NCBI GenBank assembly: GCA_034520885.1
Contig: JAXHNE010000007.1
Span: 118,827-182,826, forward strand
Source: Candidatus Saccharimonadota bacterium
GTDB taxonomy: Bacteria; Patescibacteriota; Saccharimonadia; Saccharimonadales; JAXHNE01
Direction of reading: 5' to 3'
DNA: 64,000 nt
Shown one piece after another: positions 37,140-46,795 of this stretch. Each line of letters starts with the position of its first letter. Within the stretch, counting starts at the first letter, position 1. A model generated the notes under the pieces. It searched no databases, was not told where the DNA came from, and saw only the letters and a program-made list of their open reading frames with translations. Made by a program: the position numbers and the translations under genes.

Positions 37140-40100
37140 TTAAGTGTCGCTGTTGATAGTGACTGAGTCAGAACTATCTTCGTCCTCAACTCTAATAACG
37201 TATTCACCGGAGTCCGGAGGAATCACTACTTCACAATCTCGGCTGTTTGTCCCAGAGCAACCAGATACAGGAGTACCTCCATCGACAGTAACGTCGAATG
37301 GTCCGGATCCTCCCGACCAAAGCACGGTAACATTGCCGTTAGCGTCACCACTTGGTGCGGTAATGTTGATGCTTTCTACTTTCTTTTTGGCGGTAATGGC
37401 GGCAGTGTCGCTGCTTTGATACAACACGCTGTCCACGATTTCGGCGGTCATTTGTTTGGTGCCGGTAAAGTTCGGCGTATACGTAAAAGATGATTGTGTG
37501 CCACCACTGGAAACGCTCACCGACCTTACGGTTTTCCCGTTAATCTTGTAGTCGATTTTTCCGGGGAATTCGCTGCTGGAAAGCGGGTGGGTTCCTTGGC
37601 TGACCGTGGTGCTGATTTGCCACGAATTACCGCCGGTCTTGTTGGCGCTGAGCGATACGCCCGGTTTGGAATCCCCGCAATCGTGTACGTCGTCTTCCTC
37701 TTCGGTGTTGGCGCCTCCGGCTCCGCCGTCCACGAACGGATCACTGGAGAATGAAGACGCGCCTCCGCCGGAGACTCTCTCGCGTGCCAATGGCGGCGTA
37801 CAGTCGGTGGCCAGTTTTTTGGAAACTTTGTCGATGGTGACTTCTTTACGGGTGCCGGGGTTTTTGGCGTACCAGGACGGGTACAAATCGGTCGAGGGGC
37901 TGGGTTCAATCGATCCGACACCAACGTGATTGCGGACAATGTAGGCCGGTAGTTCTTGAATGCCTTCCGGGCGCGGCCGTTCTTTGGGCTCCAGATTGGT
38001 GTGCACGGCGTTCATCCACCCGGTAAGGATGGGCTGTGTCATGTTTTCCATGAATCCGGAAAGCTCGACTTCGCGGTTGTGGTACCCAACCCACGTTCCG
38101 GCGGCGTAGTAGGTGGAAAAGCCCATCATCCATCCGTCTTTACTGTCGTTGGTGGTACCGGTTTTCAGGGAGAAATTATGGCCTTGGAAGTCGTGTGATT
38201 TGCGGCTTAAGTAGCTGGCGCGGGGGTCGGACAGTATATCGGCCACAATGTAAGCGGCTTCCGGCCGTACGACTTGTTCGCCTTCTTCTTGCTCCCATTC
38301 GTAAATGGTGTTGTTGGAGGCGTCCGTCACTTTCAGCAAATAGCTTTGCGGTAAGGTTTTCCCGTTTCGTGAAATTGAGGCCAGACCGTGCACGTGCCGG
38401 TCAAGTTTTAGGTAGGCGCCGTCGCCGATCGCCGAGGACGCGTAGCATGGGGCGACATCCGTGAGTTGATCGTCGTGGTAACAATTGTAGCCGTTTTTGT
38501 AGACTTCCTCCGGTGCGCCGGGGTCGGCCATGAGTTTTTCGGCGGTTTCAATGGTGGTGTCAATGCCGGCGATTAACATGGCTTTCACGGCCGGGATGTT
38601 TCGTGAACCGCCCAGCGCGTAGCGCAGGGTAAGCGGGCCGGGTTCGCGGAAGTCATAATTCGTCAAGCAGTTTCCGCCCCGGCGAGCACCCGTGGTACAC
38701 GGGTAACCTTCCAGGGGAGTGACTTTGTCATACAATACCGATCCCGCGCCAAACTGATCAGTGTTATCGATCAGCGATACGTAATCGTACGGTTTAATAC
38801 TGGAACCGGGCGGGAGTTTTTCCCGGGCGTAGTTGTTTTGCCCGTACGTATCATTAGAAAAGTCCGTACCGCCGACTAGTGCCACCATCTGTCCGTTACG
38901 CACGTCTTCCGCGGCGAAGGCGATGGAGTCGCCGCCTTGTGCTCGCACCTGCGGCAAGCCTTCCTGGACTTGCTTCTCGGCTTCTTTTTGTAAGTCCATA
39001 TTCAAGGTGGTTCTGACTTTCCATCCGCCCACTTGCGCGGTATCGATGAACTTTTCTTGCAATTGTTCCTTGGCGGTGAGCACGAAATACGGTGCTTTTA
39101 TGCCGTGATATTTCGGCTGGCGTTTGACCAGTTTATCCAGGGTCTCGACTTCTTTGGCTTTATCACGCTCCTCTTCGGTTATGTAGCCCTGCTGAGCCAT
39201 CAAATCCAGCGTGTAGTGCTGCCGGCCGACAAGCTCCTCTTTATCGTAACGAGCTCCGTACGGTGAATAAATTGTCGGTGATTTCGGCATGGCCGCTAAA
39301 AATGCCGCTTCGTCATGAGTGACATCCTCGGCGGATTTTCCAAAGTAGTCTTGCGTGGCGGCTTCTACGCCATAGGTAATATCGCCGTACGGTGCGGTAT
39401 TTAGATAGCCGGTAAGAATTTCCTGCTTGCTATAACTACGCTCCAGTTCCACGGAAAGAATCAGCTCTTTTACTTTGCGCGTGTAGGTGCGTTCTTCCGT
39501 CCAGTTTTGGGTGAGTTTGACAAGCTGTTGTGTGATCGTAGAGCCACCTTGGGTCGTTCGCCCTCCGGCCAAGTTGCTATAAGCTGCCCGGGTGATGCCG
39601 CCGACGTCAAATCCGCCATGATTAAAGAAGTCCTGGTCTTCCAGGGCGATGGTCGCGTCTTTGATATCTTGGTCGATTTGCTCGTCTTCCACGGGAGTAC
39701 GCTTTACGGCGTCGTAGTCTTCCCACAGCAGAATCTCCCCGGTGCGGTCATAATACTGAATACTGCCGCCGATATTATTGCCGGAAATATCGCGTAAGTT
39801 AGGCAGGTCTTTACGGAAGTAGGCGAACAGGCCGACCAAAAACAAAAAGCCCACCACAATGGCGATACCACCCAGTTTGAGCGCCATCATCGCGCCTTCG
39901 CGGCTGAACCAATACCGATACATTCGCTTGGGGTGCAAACGGTAAAAGAATCGCTTTACCCGGCTTTTGGGCATTCCCGCCAAGCGCAAAGCTTTTTTGC
40001 GGGCGTTGGCGTCACGCCGCGCGTGGACTTTGTCCATAACGTTGCGGTGCAGCTTTATGGTCTGGCCGCTCTTGGTGGTGAATGTGCTCTTGGATTTACG

Positions 40101-40169
40101 CCCCTGTTTAGAGGCCTTTTTGGCCTTCGTGGTGGTGCGTTTTCGAGCACTCGATTTTTTCTTCGCCAT
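37140..40169 (-). CDS. bifunctional class A penicillin-binding protein (PBP1A family) with a long C-terminal extension
   Basis: Glycosyltransferase motifs (EDQDFFNHGGFD, GGSTITQQL), transpeptidase SxxK (GSSIKP); about 220 extra C-terminal residues. Confidence 0.9.
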   Translation of the reverse strand: MAKKKSSARKRTTTKAKKASKQGRKSKSTFTTKSGQTIKLHRNVMDKVHARRDANARKKALRLAGMPKSRVKRFFYRLHPKRMYRYWFSREGAMMALKLGGIAIVVGFLFLVGLFAYFRKDLPNLRDISGNNIGGSIQYYDRTGEILLWEDYDAVKRTPVEDEQIDQDIKDATIALEDQDFFNHGGFDVGGITRAAYSNLAGGRTTQGGSTITQQLVKLTQNWTEERTYTRKVKELILSVELERSYSKQEILTGYLNTAPYGDITYGVEAATQDYFGKSAEDVTHDEAAFLAAMPKSPTIYSPYGARYDKEELVGRQHYTLDLMAQQGYITEEERDKAKEVETLDKLVKRQPKYHGIKAPYFVLTAKEQLQEKFIDTAQVGGWKVRTTLNMDLQKEAEKQVQEGLPQVRAQGGDSIAFAAEDVRNGQMVALVGGTDFSNDTYGQNNYAREKLPPGSSIKPYDYVSLIDNTDQFGAGSVLYDKVTPLEGYPCTTGARRGGNCLTNYDFREPGPLTLRYALGGSRNIPAVKAMLIAGIDTTIETAEKLMADPGAPEEVYKNGYNCYHDDQLTDVAPCYASSAIGDGAYLKLDRHVHGLASISRNGKTLPQSYLLKVTDASNNTIYEWEQEEGEQVVRPEAAYIVADILSDPRASYLSRKSHDFQGHNFSLKTGTTNDSKDGWMMGFSTYYAAGTWVGYHNREVELSGFMENMTQPILTGWMNAVHTNLEPKERPRPEGIQELPAYIVRNHVGVGSIEPSPSTDLYPSWYAKNPGTRKEVTIDKVSKKLATDCTPPLARERVSGGGASSFSSDPFVDGGAGGANTEEEDDVHDCGDSKPGVSLSANKTGGNSWQISTTVSQGTHPLSSSEFPGKIDYKINGKTVRSVSVSSGGTQSSFTYTPNFTGTKQMTAEIVDSVLYQSSDTAAITAKKKVESINITAPSGDANGNVTVLWSGGSGPFDVTVDGGTPVSGCSGTNSRDCEVVIPPDSGEYVIRVEDEDSSDSVTINSDT

Positions 40170-40304
40170 TAGGTGGTTCTACCCGTATCCTTCCAAAACT
40201 CTACTAATTGAGATAAAACATCACTATTATAGCAAAAATAAGCGCTATACAAACAGATTTATTCGCCCATTTTCTTGAGGCATAGGTGGTGTATACTAAG
40301 TAGC

Positions 40305-41549
40305 ATGACATTATCCGAAGAACTGCGGTGGCGCGGTTTCGTCAACCAAACCACTTTTGATGATATTTCCCGGCTTGATAAGCAAACTTTTACCTTTTAC
40401 CTGGGTGTTGATCCCAGCGCGCCGTCCATGACTATCGGCAATTTGGCGACGGCGATAATGGCCAAGCATTTTGCCAAAGCCGGGCACAAGGCTTACCTAT
40501 TGGTCGGTGGCGCGACCGGTATGATCGGCGACCCGGACGGCAAAAAACGGGAACGCGACTTAAAAACGCTCCAAGAAATCGAAACCAACAAAAAAGCCAT
40601 CGCCGCCCAGTACGAAACATTATTCGACGGGATGCGGTTCGAGCTGGTGGATAACTACGACTGGTTTAAAGACGTTAATTATCTGGACTTTCTACGCGAT
40701 GTCGGCAAGCACGTGCCCGTGCGCCAGATGCTGGCCCGTGATTTCGTGCAAACCCGCCTGGCGGAAGACGGCGCCGGTATCAGTTACGCGGAATTCAGCT
40801 ACGTGCTGATCCAGGGGTACGACTTCGTGCATCTTAACCGTGAATACGGCGTGGATTTGCAGCTTTGTGGTTCCGATCAATGGGGTAACAGCATTGCCGG
40901 CGTGGATTTGATCCGCCGCATGAACGGCAACGAAGCGCACGTGTGGTCAACGCCGCTGGTTATCAACCAAGCAACGGGCAAGAAGTTCGGCAAAAGCGAG
41001 GGCGGCGCCGTGTGGCTGGACGAAAACGCTACCAGCGTTTACCAGTTTTACCAGTTTTGGCTGAACGTGGACGACGAAGGCGTGGAAGATTACATTAAAA
41101 TCTACACCGAACTGAACAAAGAAGAGGTCGACGACATCATGCGCACTTTCCGCGAAAACCCCGCCCAGCGCCACGCCCAGAAAACTCTGGCCTACGAAGT
41201 CACCAAAATCGTGCACGGCCAAGAAAACGCCGATGCCGTAATAAAAGTCACGGATTTGTTGTTTGGGGCGCAAAACGCCAATGAAATTAACGAACGCGAG
41301 CTAGAGCTGCTCAAACAAGAACTTCCGGTCGTTGAAAAGTCCGAAGGCGCTATGTTAACCGAGGTTTTAGTGGATGCCGAGATGATGGCCTCCAAAGGCG
41401 AAGCCCGCCGCATGCTGGCCCAGGGCGCCGTGAAAATAAACGGCGATAAAACGCTGGAAGACCGGGAGCTCACCGCTGACGACGCCAAGCTTTCCGGCCA
41501 CGTGCTTTTGCAGCGCGGGAAAAATGATTTCGCGCTCATAAAAATCTAG
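40305..41549 (+). CDS. tyrS: tyrosine--tRNA ligase
   Basis: HIGN-equivalent and KFGKS (KMSKS-class) motifs, C-terminal S4 domain; ATG 40305 lies 7 nt after TATACT. Confidence 0.95.
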   Translation: MTLSEELRWRGFVNQTTFDDISRLDKQTFTFYLGVDPSAPSMTIGNLATAIMAKHFAKAGHKAYLLVGGATGMIGDPDGKKRERDLKTLQEIETNKKAIAAQYETLFDGMRFELVDNYDWFKDVNYLDFLRDVGKHVPVRQMLARDFVQTRLAEDGAGISYAEFSYVLIQGYDFVHLNREYGVDLQLCGSDQWGNSIAGVDLIRRMNGNEAHVWSTPLVINQATGKKFGKSEGGAVWLDENATSVYQFYQFWLNVDDEGVEDYIKIYTELNKEEVDDIMRTFRENPAQRHAQKTLAYEVTKIVHGQENADAVIKVTDLLFGAQNANEINERELELLKQELPVVEKSEGAMLTEVLVDAEMMASKGEARRMLAQGAVKINGDKTLEDRELTADDAKLSGHVLLQRGKNDFALIKI

Positions 41550-41583
41550 GAAATAATAAAAACATCTGTATACTTACCCGTCG

Positions 41584-42378
41584 ATGACCAAAAAAACTAC
41601 AAAACCCGCCAAATCCGCCACCAAGAAAAAGGCCGCCGATCAGTACGACCGCGGCGATTATAATTACTTGCACTACTGGCGGGAGCGCGATTACGAGCAC
41701 GCCGCCGAAGAATTGGCCATAACACGCTTGCTAAAAGGAAAGCACTTCAAAACGGCGGTGGATATCGGGGGCGGTTACGGGCGGCTATGCGTCGCGTTGA
41801 GAGAGTACGCGGACGAAGTCACTTTGGCCGAGCCTTCCAAAAAACAACTGGAAATCGCCGAAGAATTCCTTAAAGACCACCCCAAGATTAAGTCGGTTCG
41901 CACCCAGGCCGACAAACTTACATTTGCCGACAAATCCTTTGACTTGATTACCATGATCCGCGTCATGCACCACCTGCCGGATCCTTCAAAAGAGTTCGCG
42001 GAACTGGAACGCGTCTTGGCGGATGAGGGCTATCTTATTTTAGAGGTCGCCAACTACGCCCACGGCCGAAACCGCGTAAAACACGCAATGCGGGGCAAAA
42101 AATTGCCGCTGGATCCCGTGGATATTCGCTCGCGAGAAAACCAGAATGATGACGAACCTGCATTCGTCAATCACAACCCCAAAACCGTTATCAAGCAACT
42201 GGCGCACGCCGGATTAAAGGTGGAAAAGACCTTATCGGTGAGTAACCTGCGCAGCCCGGGGCTTAAAAAAATCGTGCCCAAAAGCGCCATGCTCTCGGTG
42301 GAAAAATTCTTACAAAAACCCTTGGCCAAAACCTACTTCGGCCCCAGCGTGTTTTTCCTGGTGCGAAAAGCCCGGTAG
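41584..42378 (+). CDS. class I SAM-dependent methyltransferase
   Basis: VDIGGGYGRL motif I and downstream motif order typical of methyltransferase type 11. Confidence 0.8.
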   Translation: MTKKTTKPAKSATKKKAADQYDRGDYNYLHYWRERDYEHAAEELAITRLLKGKHFKTAVDIGGGYGRLCVALREYADEVTLAEPSKKQLEIAEEFLKDHPKIKSVRTQADKLTFADKSFDLITMIRVMHHLPDPSKEFAELERVLADEGYLILEVANYAHGRNRVKHAMRGKKLPLDPVDIRSRENQNDDEPAFVNHNPKTVIKQLAHAGLKVEKTLSVSNLRSPGLKKIVPKSAMLSVEKFLQKPLAKTYFGPSVFFLVRKAR

Positions 42379-42452
42379 TAGATTCCGCTGGCCAGCGGAC
42401 TCACTACCGGACTAAGCCCCGACGGTAGATTTCGCTAGCCAGCGAGTCTTGT
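42371..42452 (+). other. compound hairpin plus a 26-nt duplicate after the methyltransferase stop
   Basis: CCGGTAGT...ACTACCGG encloses CCGCTGG/CCAGCGG; GGTAGATTCCGCTGGCCAGCGGACTC recurs as GGTAGATTTCGCTAGCCAGCGAGTC. Confidence 0.6.
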
Positions 42453-42477
42453 AAGAGGTTTGAAAGCCGAAACCGGA

Positions 42478-42723
42478 CTAGGCGGTTTTGCGTTTTAAAA
42501 CGCCGATTTTTTTCTTTTGGTCTTTGAGCTGGCCGGAATGTTCGGTAACGACTGATTTAACTACTTTCATGTCTGATTTGAGTTCGTCTACGTCCGACTT
42601 GATTTCTTGAACGTTCTGTTTCATGGATGGAATATCTTCAACGTACTCACGGATTGCCTTAAGTTCATCCATCAAGGCTTCGCCGAGTACTTTGCGTCTG
42701 GAGTCGTCATCCATATCGTGCAT
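42478..42723 (-). CDS. hypothetical small coiled-coil protein
   Basis: 81 aa from ATG 42723 (MHDMDDDSRRK...); heptad-like KSDVDELKSDMKVVK; the longer ORF would run over the recG promoter. Confidence 0.45.
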   Translation of the reverse strand: MHDMDDDSRRKVLGEALMDELKAIREYVEDIPSMKQNVQEIKSDVDELKSDMKVVKSVVTEHSGQLKDQKKKIGVLKRKTA

Positions 42724-42811
42724 ATCGGTTGTTATTGTACAGCACCTATCGAGAACGAGTAAAACAATTGCAAATGTGGGCTTGCGAACTCGCTTGCTAT
42801 ACTTTGAGGGT

Positions 42812-44848
42812 ATGAGGCTGGATGATTCGGTTGAAAAACTCAAAGGCGTGGGGCCGCAGGTGGCCAAGAAGTTGAATATTCTTGGCGTGCGGACGGTGTT
42901 TGATTTGATTGATTATATTCCGCGGCGTTATGACGATTATTCCGACCTTCAAGACATCGCCCGGCTCAAACCCGGGCCGGTAAGCCTGAAAGCCGTGATC
43001 AAACAGGCCAAGGGGCGCTACGCCCGCCGTGGGCTGCACATCACCGAGGCCGTGGCCAGCGACGAAACCGGCAGCGTCAAACTAGTGTGGTTCAACCAGC
43101 CTTACCGCGCGGCGGCGCTCAAACCTGGAACAAAGTATTACGTTTCCGGCGAATTCGGGTTCAACTACAAACAACTGAGTATTACCAACCCCAGCGTGGA
43201 GTTGGCCAGTAGTTTTCCGGTCAACACCGCGCGGATTTTGCCGGTCTACCGCCAAACCAAGGGATTTACCTCCAAACAAATTCGTAAAGCGGTGTATGAA
43301 ACCCTGCCACTTATCAAAAAACTGCCCGAAACGCTGCCGCCGTGGCTCATAAAATCCCAAAAACTTATGGCGCGTAGCGACGCTTACGAAGCCTTGCACT
43401 TTCCCCGCAGCAGTGAAGAACTGGCCGAAGCCCGCCAACGCCTGGCATTCGAGGAAGTGTTCCGCCTGAGCCTTACCGGTTTGCTGGCAAAGCGGGAAAA
43501 TGAACGGGTCGACGCGGCTTCCATCCCGTTCGATGAAGCTTTGGCGCGAAAGTTCGTAAAACATTTGCCGTTTGACCTAACCGACGATCAACGCCGTGCC
43601 GTTTGGAAGGTGTATCAGGACATACAAAAGCACCGGCCCATGAACACGTTATTGGAAGGCGACGTCGGTTCCGGTAAAACCGTGGTCGCCGCCATGAGCG
43701 TTGCTATGGCCATGAAAGAAGACTACCAAACCGCTTTGATCGCTCCAACGGAACTACTGGCTCGCCAGCACGCTGATACGCTCACCGAGCTGCTGGAACC
43801 CTTGCGAATGGCCGATCGCGTGCAGCTGCTGGTGGGCGGCATGACATCCAAACAAAAACAAAACCTCAAAAACGCCATTCAAAAACGATCCGGCACGCTG
43901 CTTATCGGCACGCACGCGCTTTTGGAATCCGACGTACTACCCAAAAACTTGGCGCTAATCATCGTGGACGAACAACACCGTTTCGGCGTAGAGCAACGCA
44001 AAAAACTGATGAAAAAGTCCAAACAAGCCCCGCACGTGTTGTCCATGACCGCCACGCCGATTCCGCGCAGCCTGGCCTTGACACTCTACGGCGAAATGGA
44101 CGTCACCCTGCTACGTGAAAAACCCGGTGGGCGCGAACCCGTTGAAACGCGGCTAATACCGCCGACCGATCGCACCAAGTTGTACGGGGGAATTAACCAA
44201 CAGGTCCGGGACGGGCGGCAAGTGTTCGTAGTGTGCCCGCTCGTCAGTAAGTCCGATTCGCTTCCCGCCAAATCCGCGGAGGAAGTCTACGACACCCTCC
44301 GTAAAGGCGCGTTTAAAAACCGCCGCGTCGGGCTGCTGCACGGCAAAATGAAGCCGGAGGAAAAGGATCAAGTCATGCAAGACTTCGTGAAGCGAAAAAT
44401 CGACGTTTTGGTGTCCACCACGGTAATTGAGGTCGGCGTGGACGTGCCCAACGCCACCGTTATGCTGGTGGAGAACCCGGAGCGCTTCGGCTTGGCGCAG
44501 TTGCACCAGCTACGCGGGCGGGTCGGACGCGGCGAACATCAGGGGTATTGTTATTTGATGCTCAGCGATAGCCAGCAACCTTCGCGCCGGTTGCGCGCCA
44601 TTGCCGCCAGTAACGACGGCTTTAAACTGGCGGAGCTGGATCTGGACATCCGCGGCCCCGGTGCGATTTACGGCACGCTGCAACACGGCGCGCTGGATCT
44701 GCGTATCGCCAAGCTTACCGACGTGCGGCTGATCAAACGGGCGCGGCACGCGGCCGAAACCTTTATCGAAAAGGGCGAGAGTTTGCTAGACTACGAAGAG
44801 TTGCATAAACACATAACCGACTTGCAAAAAGTCACCCAACTGAACTAA
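42812..44848 (+). CDS. recG: ATP-dependent DNA helicase RecG
   Basis: Wedge/OB domain, GDVGSGKT, DEQHRFG, helicase C motifs; ATG 42812 lies 8 nt after TATACT. Confidence 0.95.
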   Translation: MRLDDSVEKLKGVGPQVAKKLNILGVRTVFDLIDYIPRRYDDYSDLQDIARLKPGPVSLKAVIKQAKGRYARRGLHITEAVASDETGSVKLVWFNQPYRAAALKPGTKYYVSGEFGFNYKQLSITNPSVELASSFPVNTARILPVYRQTKGFTSKQIRKAVYETLPLIKKLPETLPPWLIKSQKLMARSDAYEALHFPRSSEELAEARQRLAFEEVFRLSLTGLLAKRENERVDAASIPFDEALARKFVKHLPFDLTDDQRRAVWKVYQDIQKHRPMNTLLEGDVGSGKTVVAAMSVAMAMKEDYQTALIAPTELLARQHADTLTELLEPLRMADRVQLLVGGMTSKQKQNLKNAIQKRSGTLLIGTHALLESDVLPKNLALIIVDEQHRFGVEQRKKLMKKSKQAPHVLSMTATPIPRSLALTLYGEMDVTLLREKPGGREPVETRLIPPTDRTKLYGGINQQVRDGRQVFVVCPLVSKSDSLPAKSAEEVYDTLRKGAFKNRRVGLLHGKMKPEEKDQVMQDFVKRKIDVLVSTTVIEVGVDVPNATVMLVENPERFGLAQLHQLRGRVGRGEHQGYCYLMLSDSQQPSRRLRAIAASNDGFKLAELDLDIRGPGAIYGTLQHGALDLRIAKLTDVRLIKRARHAAETFIEKGESLLDYEELHKHITDLQKVTQLN

Positions 44849-44850
44849 AG

Positions 44851-44958
44851 AATGAGCAATGAAAATCGAGCAAAGAGCAATGAGTTATAAAAACCTGCCC
44901 CGCGGTAGACTTTCAACTTTCAACTTTCAACTTTCTACTCAGCGAGCGGAGCGAGCCT
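44851..44958. repeat. three consecutive heptad tracts (aatgagc-type x5; tttcaac x3 + tttctac; cagcgag/cggagcg)
   Basis: Fills nearly the whole recG-to-next-gene spacer. Confidence 0.8.
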
Positions 44959-44961
44959 AAC

Positions 44962-45819
44962 ATGTATTCCGGCAGCACCTTAACCAAATACTCCGGGCGC
45001 GTTATCGGCGCGCACCAAAAGTTCGACCGCGTAGCGCGCAAACAACTGGGGCGCTTACTTAAAAAACAAACGGATTTTCCGCCCGCCAAGCAAATTTTGC
45101 TATTCGAGGGTAAAAACGGCCCCGACGCCATCAAGCGAAAAAGCCCCGCGCAGCACGAACCGTGGCACTATTACAGCCCGTTCGACGAGGAAGATTCCCA
45201 GTTAATCGAACTGATAGAGGATCATTACGAGCAACTGGTGAGCCAGATCAAAAAGGGCAATCAAGAGAGAATAGCGTTCGAAGCCGCTTGGCTGGCGCAT
45301 GCACTGGTGGACGGCCTCACTCCGGCGCACCATTACCCGTACGAGGAAAAGCTCAGCGAAATCCGTGGGGAGGAAAAAGAAACCCGCACAACGGTCAGGG
45401 AAAAAATCATCCCCAAAGGAGTGACCAAACGCGACACGTTCAAAAAAAGCTGGAAAGTCTACGGGCCGAAAGGCCTCATGACCACGCACGGCTTGTTCGA
45501 AATGGGGATTGCCGCGATCATCGCGCCGCTGGGATTCGGCGAAGCACACCCCACCCGCGCCGATATTGAGCGCATGCTGGAAATCGGCCCGACCGAGTGG
45601 TTCAAACAAAGCTCGCGCGAAATCGCGGTACTGGACATGTACGAAAAGTACTACGACAAAGGCTGGACGACCCGCCTGGCCAACCAGGTACGCCACAAAC
45701 TGGCGCCGACCATCATTAAAACCGTTTCGCTTACCTGGTACAGCGCGCTTCATGATGCCGGAATCAAAGTGCTCGATGAGCCGGTTAAAGCGAAAGCCAA
45801 AAAACGAGGGCGTTCGTAA
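44962..45819 (+). CDS. hypothetical protein (weak resemblance to the zinc-dependent phospholipase C / P1-nuclease fold)
   Basis: 285 aa; His/Asp-rich AAWLAHALVDGLTPAHHYPYEEK; assignment tentative. Confidence 0.45.
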   Translation: MYSGSTLTKYSGRVIGAHQKFDRVARKQLGRLLKKQTDFPPAKQILLFEGKNGPDAIKRKSPAQHEPWHYYSPFDEEDSQLIELIEDHYEQLVSQIKKGNQERIAFEAAWLAHALVDGLTPAHHYPYEEKLSEIRGEEKETRTTVREKIIPKGVTKRDTFKKSWKVYGPKGLMTTHGLFEMGIAAIIAPLGFGEAHPTRADIERMLEIGPTEWFKQSSREIAVLDMYEKYYDKGWTTRLANQVRHKLAPTIIKTVSLTWYSALHDAGIKVLDEPVKAKAKKRGRS

Positions 45820-45844
45820 GTAGTTTTAAGGGAGTTTTAGCGGA

Positions 45845-46372
45845 ATGCGTATCACCAGCGGAAAACTAAAAGGCCGGCAATTCGACGCCCCGGGCGGGCA
45901 TAAAACCCACCCCATGAGCGAACGGCTCAAAACCGCTTTGTTCAACGTACTTGGCGATATAGAGGGGTTGAATGTGCTGGACGCCTTTGCCGGCAGCGGG
46001 GCTTTGGGGTTCGAGGCGCTCAGCCGCGGCGCCCACTCCGCGCTACTTTTGGACAGTGATCGGCGGGCGGCCGCGACGATACGGAAAAATATCGAAACAC
46101 TGGGTCTTTCTGAGCAATGCAAAGTCACGCAAGCTCCCGTCCCGGCGTGGTCGGAGCGCAACCAAGAGCAACGGTTCAACTTAATCTTCGCCGATCCGCC
46201 GTTCAATGACGTGCAAGGGCCGAGCCTGGCGGTGCTGGCCGGCCATTTGCTACCGACCGGATTGTTGGTAGTTAATTATCCCAAAGGGCAAGAACCGGCC
46301 GAGCTCAGCGAACTGCCGTTACTCAAGCAAACGACCCACGCCGGCGCCCAGCTTTTGTTCTATAAACCCTAG
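45845..46372 (+). CDS. rsmD: 16S rRNA (guanine966-N2)-methyltransferase RsmD
   Basis: RITSGKLKGR, DAFAGSGALGFEALSRGA and FADPPF motifs. Confidence 0.85.
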   Translation: MRITSGKLKGRQFDAPGGHKTHPMSERLKTALFNVLGDIEGLNVLDAFAGSGALGFEALSRGAHSALLLDSDRRAAATIRKNIETLGLSEQCKVTQAPVPAWSERNQEQRFNLIFADPPFNDVQGPSLAVLAGHLLPTGLLVVNYPKGQEPAELSELPLLKQTTHAGAQLLFYKP

Positions 46373-46498
46373 AATTTTGCCCGAAAACAGGGTAAAATAC
46401 GCTTCGTTCCTCACCCACATGCCGGAGTGGTAGAGTTGCCTGTCCTCCGAAGCCTCGGCGAAGGAGGGGTAGACATTTACCGGTAGTAAATTTTTGAT

Positions 46499-46583
46499 GG
46501 CGCGGTGGTGGAATTGGTAGACACGCTAGTTTTAGGAACTAGTATCGCGAGATGTGAGAGTTCGAGTCTCTCCCGCGCCACCA
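46499..46583 (+). tRNA. tRNA-Leu (anticodon TAG), type II with a long variable arm and encoded CCA
   Basis: Acceptor GGCGCGG/CCGCGCC, anticodon stem CTAGT/ACTAG with loop TTTAGGA, T-arm GAGAGTTCGAGTCTCTC, discriminator A + CCA. Confidence 0.9.
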
Positions 46584-46649
46584 AAACTTGACTACGGGAC
46601 ACGCTAGTCCAAAACCGTAAAAACCTTAAGATTCAAATCGCACTTTGAA

Positions 46650-46700
46650 CCGAACTCCGAGTTAAATCGGAGTTAACTCGGAGTTATGGTATGGTGTCGG
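46650..46700 (+). repeat. palindromic 11-mer element, copy 3
   Basis: ccgAACTCCGAGTTAAATCGGAGTTAACTCGGAGTTatggtatggtgtcgg, 67 nt after the tRNA-Leu. Confidence 0.9.
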
Positions 46701-46795
46701 TTTTTTGTTGGATAGTTTGCACAAAATTCAGGAGTGAAGGGGAATTCTCAGTATACGAACTAAAACAAGGGTCAGCATGTTAAAATACGGTTAAT

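Noticed and set aside
40170-40304. T-box or other riboswitch leaders upstream of tyrS and hisS
   Set aside because: The tyrS ATG sits 7 nt after its -10 box, so there is no leader at all. The hisS upstream region lacks the T-box consensus and specifier-loop architecture.
46400-46498. A second tRNA, or a pseudo-tRNA, just upstream of tRNA-Leu (ccggagtggtagag resembles a D-arm)
   Set aside because: No cloverleaf can be drawn: there is no T-arm GTTCRA and no acceptor pairing. It is more likely the 5' leader of the tRNA-Leu transcript from the TAAAAT promoter at 46393.
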